DNA of 63,743 nt, the filler included, from Pirum gemmata (Eukaryota): the NCBI GenBank assembly GCA_002812295.1. It is 28 parts of 28 records of this genome, joined end to end, with 100 filler letters (N's around TTAATTAATTAA, not from the genome) between each part and the next. Parts side by side here need not be neighbours in the genome. Positions count along the whole stretch, not along the records: positions 10,998 to 13,122 come from PDIN01008449.1; positions 13,223 to 15,317 come from PDIN01008450.1; positions 15,418 to 16,510 come from PDIN01008451.1; positions 16,611 to 18,680 come from PDIN01008452.1; positions 18,781 to 20,904 come from PDIN01008453.1; positions 21,005 to 23,107 come from PDIN01008454.1; 22 more parts are not named here. One strand, written 5' to 3'. This document shows positions 11,147 to 22,017 of this stretch, piece after piece. The stretch's first letter is position 1. The number at the start of each line of letters is the position of its first letter. Position numbers and translations under genes: made by a program. Below the pieces are notes generated by a model. The model was not told the origin of the DNA. It searched no databases and worked only from the letters and a program-made list of their open reading frames with translations.

Positions 11147-12784
11147 ATGTTTATTAAAGGTTTAAAAAAAAATAAAAATAAAAAGGGTAAAACAGGACCC
11201 ATCATCACTGGGGATGATATTTGTGTAATAGATGTACGAAGAGAAGAAGATGCGAATGGTGATGCGAGTAGCAATCGTTTGAGTACATCAAGTTTAACCA
11301 GCGTTGACAGTGATAGTACTAGTGCCAGTGTTATTGGTGAAGATGATCCTTTATATTTCGAACTGACATCTAGTGAAAGTAGTACTAGTAAAGATAATAT
11401 AATTAATAACAATAATAATAATGATGTTTACATAGAATTAGGTTCTAATACTACCGTAACTGTCAACAATAGTAAAAGTGCAGGAAACGTACAAGTTAAT
11501 GACAAATGTTCCCATGATCTGATTGTTAGTTGTCCTGAAATTTCCAACCATAATACAAACGCTGTTCATTACGACAATTCTAATAAAGGCATGGAAAAAA
11601 ATAATGACAATAGGAACGATATGGATTTATCCAGAAATGTTGCTGGAGTTATTGATAAATTGATGCGACAATCTTTAGATGCAGAATATGATACTCCCGC
11701 AACAAATCCTTGTGTACAACAAACTTTGATCCAAAGCATTGGATATGATACTCCCTCAACACAGCCTTTTGTATCACAATCTTTGAATAATGACAGTACC
11801 AACGATATGGATTTATCCAGAAATGTTGCTGGAGTTATTGATGGATTGATGCAACAATCTTTAGAATACGATACTCCCACAATAAAGACTTGTGCACAAC
11901 AAACATATGATACTCCCGCAACAAATCCTTGTGCACAACAAACATACGATACTCCCCCAACAAATCCTTGTGCACAACAAACTTTGGTCCAAGGAATTGA
12001 ATATGATACTCCCTCAACACAGCCTTTTGTACCACAATCTTTGAATACAAAATCCAACACAAATACATCTTCTGTACAGCGATCTTTATACGATGACCCA
12101 CAAAAAAATAATCAGCGCTCATTACCCCCAACCCCCAGTGCAAAAAGCAAAAGTAATACAGAGATAAATGAGAGAAGCAACATAAACAGAAGATCAAGAC
12201 CTACAAGTATGATTAATAACAGCAATCAACCTTCTTCAGAAAGGCCTAGAAGTATGATTATACTCAATAATCATCAACCTTCTTCTCCACCAAGCGGAAC
12301 CACAGTTTCAGAAAAGAAATTTAACGAAATGTTATGCAGACAAATGTTAAAGCAACAACAAATAAATTTACCTCGATCCCGTGCCCCACCTCCGGGTCAA
12401 AACGGAAGACCCCTTTCACTGCCAAACAGTCATATAAATAACAACCAAAATAATGGAATGCGAGCTCCACCACCAATACCAAAATCTTCACCAAAATTAC
12501 CCCCAACTTTACCACCTTCTTCTTCGTCTTCCAATGAACGTTTACGTTCTTTCGGGGTATCCTCTCAAAGAGAAACGAAGGGTAATCGTCCGTCGTCCAT
12601 GTCAGCCATGCCACAAACTAATCAACATAAAATGTCTGACACTAGTCTTGAGTATGAACAGAAACAAGCCATTAAGAGTAGAAATAGCTTCAAGGCTGAT
12701 ATATATACACAACACATCCCACAAAATGATAATAACAGGCCTAAATATCGCGACGTAAGCGTTGCGTTGAATATTCATTCATAA
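11147..12784 (+). CDS. Low-complexity protein with 7 YDxP motifs and a Pro-rich C-terminal half (candidate phosphotyrosine scaffold)
   Basis: 545-codon ORF with YDTP x6 and YDDP, generated by 186-nt and 39-nt internal duplications. It also has PPPIPKSSPKLPPTLPP. The 5' end could be a spliced exon. Confidence 0.75.
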   Translation: MFIKGLKKNKNKKGKTGPIITGDDICVIDVRREEDANGDASSNRLSTSSLTSVDSDSTSASVIGEDDPLYFELTSSESSTSKDNIINNNNNNDVYIELGSNTTVTVNNSKSAGNVQVNDKCSHDLIVSCPEISNHNTNAVHYDNSNKGMEKNNDNRNDMDLSRNVAGVIDKLMRQSLDAEYDTPATNPCVQQTLIQSIGYDTPSTQPFVSQSLNNDSTNDMDLSRNVAGVIDGLMQQSLEYDTPTIKTCAQQTYDTPATNPCAQQTYDTPPTNPCAQQTLVQGIEYDTPSTQPFVPQSLNTKSNTNTSSVQRSLYDDPQKNNQRSLPPTPSAKSKSNTEINERSNINRRSRPTSMINNSNQPSSERPRSMIILNNHQPSSPPSGTTVSEKKFNEMLCRQMLKQQQINLPRSRAPPPGQNGRPLSLPNSHINNNQNNGMRAPPPIPKSSPKLPPTLPPSSSSSNERLRSFGVSSQRETKGNRPSSMSAMPQTNQHKMSDTSLEYEQKQAIKSRNSFKADIYTQHIPQNDNNRPKYRDVSVALNIHS

Positions 12785-13237
12785 TTACATATGTAAACAA
12801 TAAAATAAAACATATAATTATACGTATATATACTTAATAGATTTCATAATAATGCCGTTGAATTAATGCTAATATTATTTAGAAACGTTAATTAAAACAA
12901 AAATAATTATCTTATTTATATAGATTTAAATTTAAAAGATGATTATTATTTTTCATTGAAATTATTATTGCAGCGAACAGTATACGTAACGCTTCACGAA
13001 GTTTTTAAATTAAAAAATCGAGCCTACAATAATCATAACAATAATAATAATAATAATAATAACAATAATAACAATAATAATAATAATAATTAATTTTAAA
13101 ATAAGCAAATAAATAAGCAAATNNNNNNNNNNNNNNNNNNNNNNNNNNNNNNNNNNNNNNNNNNNNTTAATTAATTAANNNNNNNNNNNNNNNNNNNNNN
13201 NNNNNNNNNNNNNNNNNNNNNNGTATATATACTCCTA

Positions 13238-13245
13238 AAAATTGA
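13238..13245 (+). promoter_or_regulatory. AAAATTGA NCLDV early-promoter motif
   Basis: Exact octamer about 75 nt upstream of ATG 13320, the position typical of Mimivirus early promoters. The AT-rich background lowers its specificity. Confidence 0.5.
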
Positions 13246-13319
13246 AACAAACATAAAAAATATATTACAAAAATTTAAAAAAAATACACAAATACATACA
13301 AAAAAAAAAAGAACCAAAC

Positions 13320-14414
13320 ATGAGCATTGTAAGTAAACACACACAATTAAGTACCGTAGACACGTTCTCTGAAAAAAACCTGGTGTTTCCTCCTCCTAAA
13401 CTAGGATATATGTTTAATAACTCTTCTATTAAATATCATCGTCAATTTATTCAAATTCGAAACCCGGACGGCAAGATTGGCGACTTAGTACTTAAAACCG
13501 AAAATTTGTTTTCTAACAAAGGAATCATTGAAGAATTGGACGAGAAAAGTAAAGAACCGACTGGTAACTATAAATTGGACTTGGTTATGTGGGATAGAAA
13601 TACTCCAGCCGATGAAGAAATTGCCTTTACTGACGTCTTTGATCGAGTAATTAAACAATGTGGGAAACAACTATTGAGCTTAAGAGATGATCCACGATTA
13701 TTGGAATATGGTTACAAAATCAATGAAGATACTGTGAGTGATTTTGAAATTGCCTCAATCTACAAAGGTCCTAGAAACCCAGTAACTAAGGAAGCAACTG
13801 ACCCGACTTATAAACCAATGCTCAAGCCCAAATTGTTGCATATTTTTAACCGAGAAAAAAATGAGAGGGAAATAGTCACGTCTTTTTATAACAAGGAAAC
13901 TAATGAGCCTATTGATTTTCATGACTTAATTGATAAATCTTTCTATGTAGAAGCCGCCTTAAAGTTTGACAACATTTTCATTAACAAAAAAAGTATTAGT
14001 CTACAACTTAAAGTTATCGAAGCAAACATTACTTTTGAAAATTCCAGTAAACGGTCTTTCTTAAGTAACTTTAGAGGACTTACCAACAATACCTCGTCAA
14101 AAGTGACATTAAACTCGGTTACTACTCTTAAAGACGAAGAAGACGAAGAAGAAGATGAAGAGGTCGTCGAAGAACAAGCTTCTGAAGAGGAAATTGTTGA
14201 GTCCGATGAAGAAGAAGTAGTAGAAGTAGAAGAAGAAGAAGGAGAAGAAGATTTAGAAGAATTAGAAGAAGAGGCCGAGGAAGATGAAAGAGCCGAGGAA
14301 GAAATTGAAAAGGACGAACCAGAAGTCCAGGATACAACAACAACAACTAATCGGAAAAAATTACAACCTGTTGCCGCTCCAAAACGTCGACAAAGGCAAA
14401 AAAAATTGACTTAA
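13320..14414 (+). CDS. NCLDV-type ssDNA-binding protein (DUF2738 / T7 gp2.5-like OB fold) with acidic tail
   Basis: Motifs GDLVLKTENLFSNKGI, PMLKPKL, IVTSFY and FYVEAALKFDNIFINKKSISLQLKVIEA, followed by a long Glu/Asp tail. Intronless. Confidence 0.75.
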   Translation: MSIVSKHTQLSTVDTFSEKNLVFPPPKLGYMFNNSSIKYHRQFIQIRNPDGKIGDLVLKTENLFSNKGIIEELDEKSKEPTGNYKLDLVMWDRNTPADEEIAFTDVFDRVIKQCGKQLLSLRDDPRLLEYGYKINEDTVSDFEIASIYKGPRNPVTKEATDPTYKPMLKPKLLHIFNREKNEREIVTSFYNKETNEPIDFHDLIDKSFYVEAALKFDNIFINKKSISLQLKVIEANITFENSSKRSFLSNFRGLTNNTSSKVTLNSVTTLKDEEDEEEDEEVVEEQASEEEIVESDEEEVVEVEEEEGEEDLEELEEEAEEDERAEEEIEKDEPEVQDTTTTTNRKKLQPVAAPKRRQRQKKLT

Positions 14415-14446
14415 AAAAATAACTAGTGTACCAAAAAGTACCAAAA

Positions 14447-14878
14447 ATGGCAAGTCGTCTGAACAAGTTACCTATTAATAATAGTATACTTAATTTACAA
14501 CATAAGAATATAGTAGATTCACTGTTTTCTAGCTTGGAAATTAAAGAACATGATCAAGAAAATGTAAAAAAAATAAAAAAGTCAAAAAAAAAGTCAAAAA
14601 AAAAGTCAAATAAAAATTCAAATAAAAATTCAAATAAAAATTCAAATAAAAATTCAAATAAAAATTCAAATAACAACAAGCAACAAGTAAATGAGGTAAG
14701 TTTTTTTGACAAGTACAAGAAAACAATAGTATGTGTATTAATATATTTTATTATTCACATACCATTAATTCAAGATACCCTTATAAAATGTTTACCAAAT
14801 AACAAAATCTTTATAACATTAGCAAATTCTTTATTATTTTTAGTTTGTTTATATTTATTTCAAACTTATACAAATTAA
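14447..14878 (+). CDS. Small protein with two C-terminal TM helices, NCLDV-like
   Basis: KKTIVCVLIYFIIHIPLIQDTLIKCLP...ITLANSLLFLVCLYLF resembles a small membrane-protein pattern seen in giant viruses. ATG 14447 lies 32 nt after the SSB stop. Confidence 0.6.
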   Translation: MASRLNKLPINNSILNLQHKNIVDSLFSSLEIKEHDQENVKKIKKSKKKSKKKSNKNSNKNSNKNSNKNSNKNSNNNKQQVNEVSFFDKYKKTIVCVLIYFIIHIPLIQDTLIKCLPNNKIFITLANSLLFLVCLYLFQTYTN

Positions 14879-15229
14879 TTAATCAAACTCATTTTCAACA
14901 GAGATCCATTCTTGGTCGTTCTTTTGTGACCAATATTGGTAAGCTTGTTGTTCACACTCTTGTTCTTGTTCAATCATGTTTTTGATAATATCCTCTTCCA
15001 TTTCTAATAATTGATCAAATTCATTTTCGCTTTCTTCTGTCCATATACTAAGCTTCGTGTTAGGTTTCCAATAATCAGGACAAAAAGTATTAAATGTATT
15101 AGTATTATTAAAAACGTCTTTCCATGTGTTATTTTCTTTTTTATTTTTATTATTATTATCATTATTTGAGTCCGAGTTTTCTTTTTCTTTATTTTTCGAG
15201 ACATATTTTCTATTATTATCCGAGTCCAA
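14879..15229 (-). CDS. Acidic 116-aa hypothetical protein, convergent with the previous gene
   Basis: Complete ORF whose stop codon directly abuts the stop of 14447-14878 (TAA|TTA). Confidence 0.55.
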   Translation of the reverse strand: MDSDNNRKYVSKNKEKENSDSNNDNNNKNKKENNTWKDVFNNTNTFNTFCPDYWKPNTKLSIWTEESENEFDQLLEMEEDIIKNMIEQEQECEQQAYQYWSQKNDQEWISVENEFD

Positions 15230-15281
15230 GTTTCTATTTGAGTCGGTACTATTATCATCATTATTATCATTATTACTATTA

Positions 15282-15315
<34 letters not shown>

Positions 15316-15719
15316 CANNNNNNNNNNNNNNNNNNNNNNNNNNNNNNNNNNNNNNNNNNNNTTAATTAATTAANNNNNNNNNNNNNNNNNNNNNNNNNNN
15401 NNNNNNNNNNNNNNNNNATATAAATCCATTTAATTTAATTTGGTATATTTTATTATATATTTATTTATTTAAAAATATCAATTTAAATATTATAAATAAC
15501 CAAATAAATATTCGGGATAGACTAGCTACTATAGACTATCTTGGCTTCGTCTAGTTGGCTTCGTGCATGAAAAAAGCCGCTGGCGCCCCCACCTCACCCC
15601 AGAAGAGATCATAAGTAAAAAAAGTTCTACTGGCTCGAATTAGATTAGAACAAACTGGGCACCTTTTGTTACTTATGAAAAGTTCCTGTTCGAGAGTTCG
15701 AATCTCCTGTAAAAAAGTT

Positions 15720-16110
15720 GGGGAGAGTTCAAATAATACGTCACGTCAAGGGGTAGGTAGGTAGGCGGTATTTGACTGGAAATTAACGTCAAGGAGTAGG
15801 TAGGTAAGGGTATGTGAAGCTGTATGTGACCGGAAATTAGCCTTATGTGGTATTTGAACACTCTTTTATGATGTATTTTATGTTCGAGAAGTACGTAAGT
15901 TCTTAATAAGTAAACTCGAATTTTTGCGCTACATTATAGACTAGTGATATTATATACCTCTTGAGGGAGAGTTCAAAAACTACGTAACGCCAACTTCCAG
16001 TCAAATACAGCTTCAAATACCCCTACTTACCTACCACTCGACGTTAATTTCCGGTCAAATACCACCTACCTACCTACCCCTTGACGTGACGTATTATTTG
16101 AACGCTCCCC
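15720..16110. mobile_element. Two oppositely oriented PIF/Harbinger (Tourist)-like MITEs (about 15720-15864 and 15965-16110)
   Basis: Ends GGGAG[AC]GTTCAA..TACGT.ACG are related to the element at 34483. Another partial copy lies at 8773-8870. Confidence 0.65.
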
Positions 16111-16725
16111 TAAAATGAACTATCGTGCTTTTCAGTTGTTTTGTCATTATAAGATATAAAATAAAGAATACCGAAATAATACAAAATAAATCCATTTTAT
16201 TTTATTTGGTAGATTTTATTATTTATTTATTTATTTAAAAATGTCAATTTAAATACTATAACTAGCCAATTTAACAATTGGTCAATTATTTTTTTTATTG
16301 CAGCAGCTACCGACTACAGCCCTCCAGAACCTGATTCCACTAGTAGAAATAACAAAACATTCACCACAAAATTCAATTTTGGAGGTCCAGATGCATAGTC
16401 TAAAAATAATAGCAAAAATATAATGATATTATATTGTTAGTTGATGAATTTTTGTGCAACGATAATTGAAAGTATAGTTGTAGTTTTATTATTAAAACAA
16501 TTATCTGCAANNNNNNNNNNNNNNNNNNNNNNNNNNNNNNNNNNNNNNNNNNNNTTAATTAATTAANNNNNNNNNNNNNNNNNNNNNNNNNNNNNNNNNN
16601 NNNNNNNNNNAATAATAATAATAATAGTAATAATAATGATAATGATAATGAAAATGGTAATGGTAATGGTAATGGTAATGATAAACTTAATGTCAATATA
16701 ATATTATAGTATTAATAATTTTAAC

Positions 16726-16927
16726 CTTCCCAAATAGAAGTTCTAATTGTTCAATAGCTAAAACAATAAACAAAACAGCTATTCCTGCACATGTACCGTA
16801 ACTCGCTAACCCAGCTACCATTTTACCAAACCATCCCGCTGCTTCTTGTCCGATTTGTAGGTAGTTTTCTAACATTTTCATAACATTATTATTATTATCA
16901 TTACCATTGTCATTATCATTATCATTG

Positions 16928-16982
<55 letters not shown>

Positions 16983-18595
16983 CATTATCATTTTTATTTT
17001 TATTGCTATTAGTATTAATGATCATGAGCTCCTCTGTTTTATTTCTATTAGTTTGTAATAATATAGATGCATCTGTTGTTGTTACTGTTGTGGTGGTGGT
17101 TGTTGCTGTGGTTGTGGTTGTGTTTATTGGCTTGCATTTTCGTTTTCGTCCTTCCATTTGACACTGCATTAACAGAAAACCAGTGTAGTAACTAAGTCGT
17201 TCAACGAATACTATTGAAACAATACCTAAAACCCAACCCGTTTGTGTAAAAACACGTGGTAAACTTGGGGGGGGGGGCAAAAGTGTTAGGGTTAGAGTTA
17301 GGGTTAGGGTTAGAGGGTGCGACAATAACAAAACAAAAACAAAAATTATTTTATTGTGATGCCATCCGTACTAGCCGTTTACTTTAGTCACTATCATGTT
17401 TTTCAATAGTGTTATCCAGTTCAAAAACTGAAATAAACTTATCAAATTATTGTTAAGGTTAAACTATCAGACATGTTTGGTTAATTTGGTATTTTATACT
17501 TAATGTTGTATTTTATAAAAAAGTTCAATTATACAAATAAACAGTACTAAATTAAAGATTGAGAGGACAACTAATGAAATAGACGATATGTTAATATTAG
17601 TCTAAATAATGAGAACTTATGTTAATATTAGTCTAAATAATGAGAACTACTACTAGTAAAAAATCTGAAGATGGAAAAATCTGAAGATGGAATTGAATCT
17701 AGAAGGGTATTTTTGTCAACTAAGACATCTAGATTGGTATTTTTAGACTTTAAAACCATCGTNNNNNNNNNNNNNNNNNNNNAAAAAAAAAAAAAGTGTA
17801 TCCAGATGTCGATTAAAGAGTTTAAAATACCTAATTTAGATGTCTTAGTTGACAAAAATACCCTTCTAGATTCAATTCCATGTTCAGATTTTTCCATGTT
17901 CAGATTTTTTACTGGTATGGGGTAGGTTCTCATAATTATATTTTTGTCTGCTTTTTATTTATTTTGTCACTTTGATTATTTATTTAGTACTTTCAAACTT
18001 ATAATAAAAGTGTTTATTTTAAAAAATTAAAAAATAAATAATAAACATAACAAAAAATTTTAAATATATCAAATAGATTCTATATGGTGATAATTTGGTA
18101 TTAATTATATTGTATATGAACTCATGGGCGGTGACCCGGGTTCCTAGTAGACTTTCTTTAAACGCTAATATCACCTAACCCTAACTCTAACTCTTAACTC
18201 TAATATCGCTCATATAATATTGTGCTTTTCATTTATTTTGCCACTCTGAATATTTATTTGGTTGGTTATGATATTGAAGTTGATATTTTTAAATTAATAA
18301 TTAGATAATTAAATTCACCACAAATTAAATTAAATGGATTTATATAGCATTAATTTGGTAGATTTTATGATCACAAAACAACTGAAAAGCCCCATAATAA
18401 TATGATCAATAATAACAATAGACAATGATATATAATAATAATATATAAGATAATTATATACCTTAACATCCCAATCCCTATAGTAGCAATCATGCAGTTG
18501 AACACTGTGCGGATTAAGTCATAATCCTTATTTGAGTTAACCCTTTTTTTAATATTAATGGTGGGTCTGAACGATTCTTTTTCTGATAGTGACAT
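16726..18595 (-). CDS. AAAP/Aa_trans family amino-acid transporter, exons 1-2 (18595-18462, 17263-16726)
   Basis: Splicing at AG|gtatat ... cccaag|T gives FNCMIATIGIGMLSLPRVFTQTGWVLG, matching the AAAP GxGxLSLP motif. It continues LSYYTGFLL and NYLQIGQEAAGWFG. Exon 2 ends at a gttaaa donor. Confidence 0.85.
17392..17588 (+). mobile_element. MITE family B (about 195 bp, TA-flanked) in the transporter intron
   Basis: Ends TATC[AG]TGTTTTTCAAT / ATGAAATAGACGATA. Homologous copies lie at 38991-39186 (inverted) and about 54247-54420. Confidence 0.7.
17653..17915. mobile_element. MITE with about 100-bp terminal inverted repeats and TA target duplication
   Basis: TA|CTAGTAAAAAATCTGAAGATGG... and ...CCATGTTCAGATTTTTTACTGG|TA. 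The arms are near-perfect reverse complements, which explains the mirror ORFs 17628-/17671+. Confidence 0.75.
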
Positions 18596-18648
18596 GTTGG
18601 GTGGTGATTATTATTGTTTTATCGTTTTTGTTTTTGTTTTTGTTTTTG

Positions 18649-18680
<32 letters not shown>

Positions 18681-18804
18681 NNNNNNNNNNNNNNNNNNNN
18701 NNNNNNNNNNNNNNNNNNNNNNNNTTAATTAATTAANNNNNNNNNNNNNNNNNNNNNNNNNNNNNNNNNNNNNNNNNNNNACAGACAGCCCCAGAAAATT
18801 TTGC

Positions 18805-18812
18805 TATAAATA
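18805..18812 (+). promoter_or_regulatory. TATA box upstream of histone H4
   Basis: TATAAATA about 115 nt upstream of ATG 18926. Confidence 0.5.
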
Positions 18813-18925
18813 CGATGGGAAACAAACAAATTTTTAGAAAAGAAGAAAAGAAAAATATCAATTAAAAAATTTACTTTTTTACTTTTTGAATTTCGAAAAA
18901 TACTTTTAACAAATATTAAATAATC

Positions 18926-19216
18926 ATGTCTGGACGCGGAAAAGGAGGAAAAGGATTAGGAAAGGGTGGTGCTAAACGTCACAGAAAAATCTTGCGTGAT
19001 AATATCCAAGGTATTACTAAACCAGCTATTAGAAGATTGGCCAGAAGAGGTGGTGTCAAACGTATTTCAGGCTTAATTTACGAAGAAACTCGCAAAGTAT
19101 TGAAAATCTTTTTAGAAAATATTATTGAACACGCTAAGAGAAAAACTGTTACTGCTATGGATGTTGTATACGCATTGAAAAGACAAGGCAGAACTCTTTA
19201 CGGTTTTGGTGGTTAA
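18926..19216 (+). CDS. H4: Histone H4, intronless, lacking residues R67-T73 (RDAVTYT)
   Basis: [21 protein letters not shown]...[12 protein letters not shown]. It is 96 aa versus the canonical 103 and reads [12 protein letters not shown]. Confidence 0.95.
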
Positions 19217-19572
19217 ATTGGGTAGCTCTTTCTTTTTTTTTACTTTTGTGTGAACAAACTAATTATCATTATATATTTAAGTTAATCTTAATCTTGTGAT
19301 TGATTAACGAGGAAATTTGAATTCGATTCTAATAAAAAATACTTATGGTTCCTGGTGAACTAAAAAAAAAAAAAAGTGTTTTCTCTTTTATTTTTAATTA
19401 CTGACTTTATATATTTTGAATTTAGTGTTGTCCAGTTCGAAATAAATGTACCAATTATTATTATGGTTTTATATATTCGTACACTTAAAATCCCAACATT
19501 TTAATGTAAAATTTTAGCCGTGCTAGGGTTAAGGCTAACCCCTATAACCCGTAACCCCGTAACCCCTAACCC

Positions 19573-19620
<48 letters not shown>

Positions 19621-20495
19621 CACACACACAACACACACACAACACACAATCTATTAGTAACTTATAATAATTTGTTGGTAAATATTTCTCATTAATTGCC
19701 AATTTTATTAAGCGTTTTCATTATTATAGTAATGAATGTTTATCTATTCATAATAATGTTTTAATTTGTAAAATAATTATCTATACATAATGTTAAAAAA
19801 TTTGTAAAATATCGTAAAAGCAAAAACTATCACTAGAAATCAAACGAAATTAGTTATAAAAGTATAATTATAATTCTAGATTATCATAATTATATCAGAT
19901 AACTTATCTCCCCCTCTATCATAATATAAGTATCATATAATGTAAAATGGGTGAAAGAAGGGGTATTTTAGTAGGGGTGAGATTATTGAGATATCTACTG
20001 CAACTTTTTTCGAACATATGCTTATTGAGCCAACCTTAGTTCCGTGTTCCTTACTAATAATAGCAGTTAAATAGCTTAAAATAGTAAATCTAATTATAGT
20101 AGATACCAATTAAAGTTATAATAATAACATTAGGATGATAATATCCTCTCAAACTATCCCATTTTTATCTTTTATCGTAGTCTAAGTAAGTATTGATTCT
20201 CAGGAACAAAGGTTCAAAACAAATATCTCTACAACAAAAGAACAATACAATTACTAAACATAGATTATATACTATATGTTTTTATTATGAAAAATACAAC
20301 AAATCACAACCAATTGACAACCAAATCATTATTATGATTTTACTTATACCAAAGTATTTTATGAAACAAATCACAAATCTACAAAACACAACAACTTTAA
20401 CTTTAATTATTTTAAGACTATATATAACTGTAACCTAATAATGCTCCTCCTTTTTTTATATCCGTATCATAAAGGAAAACAAGAACTTTTTTTTT

Positions 20496-20904
20496 TATAT
20501 TTTTTACTATTTAATACTATGATATGATTTTTTTCAAAAAAATCACTAAATAAAAACTTCATAATGTAAACCTTTATTATGGCTTATTATAGTTCTTATT
20601 ATATATTGCGCTTATTACGGCAGCCCTTAGACCCCCCCGGTCTACGGCCTACTCTTCGGTTTTCATAGTTAGTTCAAAGGAGGGAAGGTGGGTGGCAAAG
20701 GCAGGTCGGTTGGATTGAATGATCTGAACATTTTCAACTTTATATTTTTTACTATTATACTATGATATGATATGATTTTTTTCAAAAAAAACACTAATAA
20801 ATAAAAACTTCATAATGTAAACCTTTATTATGGCTTATTATATATTGCGCTTATTACGGCAGCCCTTAGACCCCCCCGGTCTACGGCCTACTCTTCGGTT
20901 TTCA
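20496..20904 (+). repeat. Direct duplication of about 170 bp at about 240-bp spacing; part is related to 53645-53710
   Basis: TTACGGCAGCCCTTAGACCCCCCGGTCTACGGCCTACTCTTCGGTTTTCA occurs twice. TAGTTCAAAGGAGGGAAGGT also occurs near 53690. Confidence 0.75.
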
Positions 20905-21300
20905 NNNNNNNNNNNNNNNNNNNNNNNNNNNNNNNNNNNNNNNNNNNNTTAATTAATTAANNNNNNNNNNNNNNNNNNNNNNNNNNNNNNNNNNNNNNNN
21001 NNNNGATTAATATATATATATTATATAATATATTAATAATAAAGTGCTTTTCAGTTGTTTTGTCATCATAAAATATGCAATAAAGAGTATGCAGATTAAT
21101 TAATACAATATAAATCCATTTAATTAATTTGGTTTATTTTATTATCTATAATATTAAATTCAAATAAATTTGTCAATTTTAATAAAAGTGTTAATTTAAA
21201 TGTTATAACCCACACCAAATTTAATATTCAATGAAAAATAAATAAAAATCACAAGAAGACGAGTTATATATTAAATGATATATTAATATAGTTGTATTAA

Positions 21301-22017
21301 TTAAAATGCCTCCATTGTCTTTGCTCCGCAATAATAATTGTTTACTGAACTTATAGAAACCACCCTCGTGCTCAAACCAGAAAAATTGACGTGCACAGCA
21401 ATACTACTACCAACATAACTATCAGGAACAGCATATCTCAGTCTATAGTTAAGAGATTCTCCTGCCTGAACAATACCAGTATCACTAATAATGGGATAAG
21501 ATTGCAAATAAACATCAGTTGCTTCAACCATACTACCTTCACTTTCAATTAAAACTGTAACTGAATTAGCAGTGTAGCTAGAAGTAGTAAAATCTAAAAC
21601 CTCATTTGCTTGTAAATCAACATCTATTACTACTTGCTGTGGACTAACTTCTACAATAAATGTTTCTGAGGTAAAATATTCAGGTGTGGAAACATCAGCG
21701 AAAAAATTTTCCGGACAAGTTGGGAACCCAAATTTTATACTATAACCATTGCATTGACAGTTATATGTGTTTGCTTCATTTTGGTTTTCGTAAGGGAAAT
21801 ACCAACAATTACTAGAGTTGGACGCTTGTTGAATATTACCGTTGACGAGGCATTCATTTTTGCAAGAAGAAATAGTCCAATCATCGTTATTATTGTTGCA
21901 TTGTAAATAACGACGGATAATAGTATCGTAAGGGCTGGTTGCTGCGAATGTTGGGGTGTGAAAGTTAGAAATACTAACAGTTACAATGTAAGCGAAAAAA
22001 AAATTCATTGAATTCAT
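21301..22017 (-). CDS. Putative secreted protein, Cys-rich N-terminal module plus beta-rich C-terminal part
   Basis: 238-aa intronless ORF with a hydrophobic N-terminus and C..C...C..C..CQC..C spacing. Confidence 0.7.
   Translation of the reverse strand: MNSMNFFFAYIVTVSISNFHTPTFAATSPYDTIIRRYLQCNNNNDDWTISSCKNECLVNGNIQQASNSSNCWYFPYENQNEANTYNCQCNGYSIKFGFPTCPENFFADVSTPEYFTSETFIVEVSPQQVVIDVDLQANEVLDFTTSSYTANSVTVLIESEGSMVEATDVYLQSYPIISDTGIVQAGESLNYRLRYAVPDSYVGSSIAVHVNFSGLSTRVVSISSVNNYYCGAKTMEAF

Noticed and set aside
6773..15229. LRR gene, YDxP gene and viral SSB block as one viral island
   Set aside because: They lie on separate contigs divided by artificial spacers, so adjacency carries no information.
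19217..19245. Metazoan-type histone 3' stem-loop after H4 (AGCTCTTT...)
   Set aside because: Only the 5' arm resembles GGCTCTTTTCAGAGCC. No complementary arm follows.
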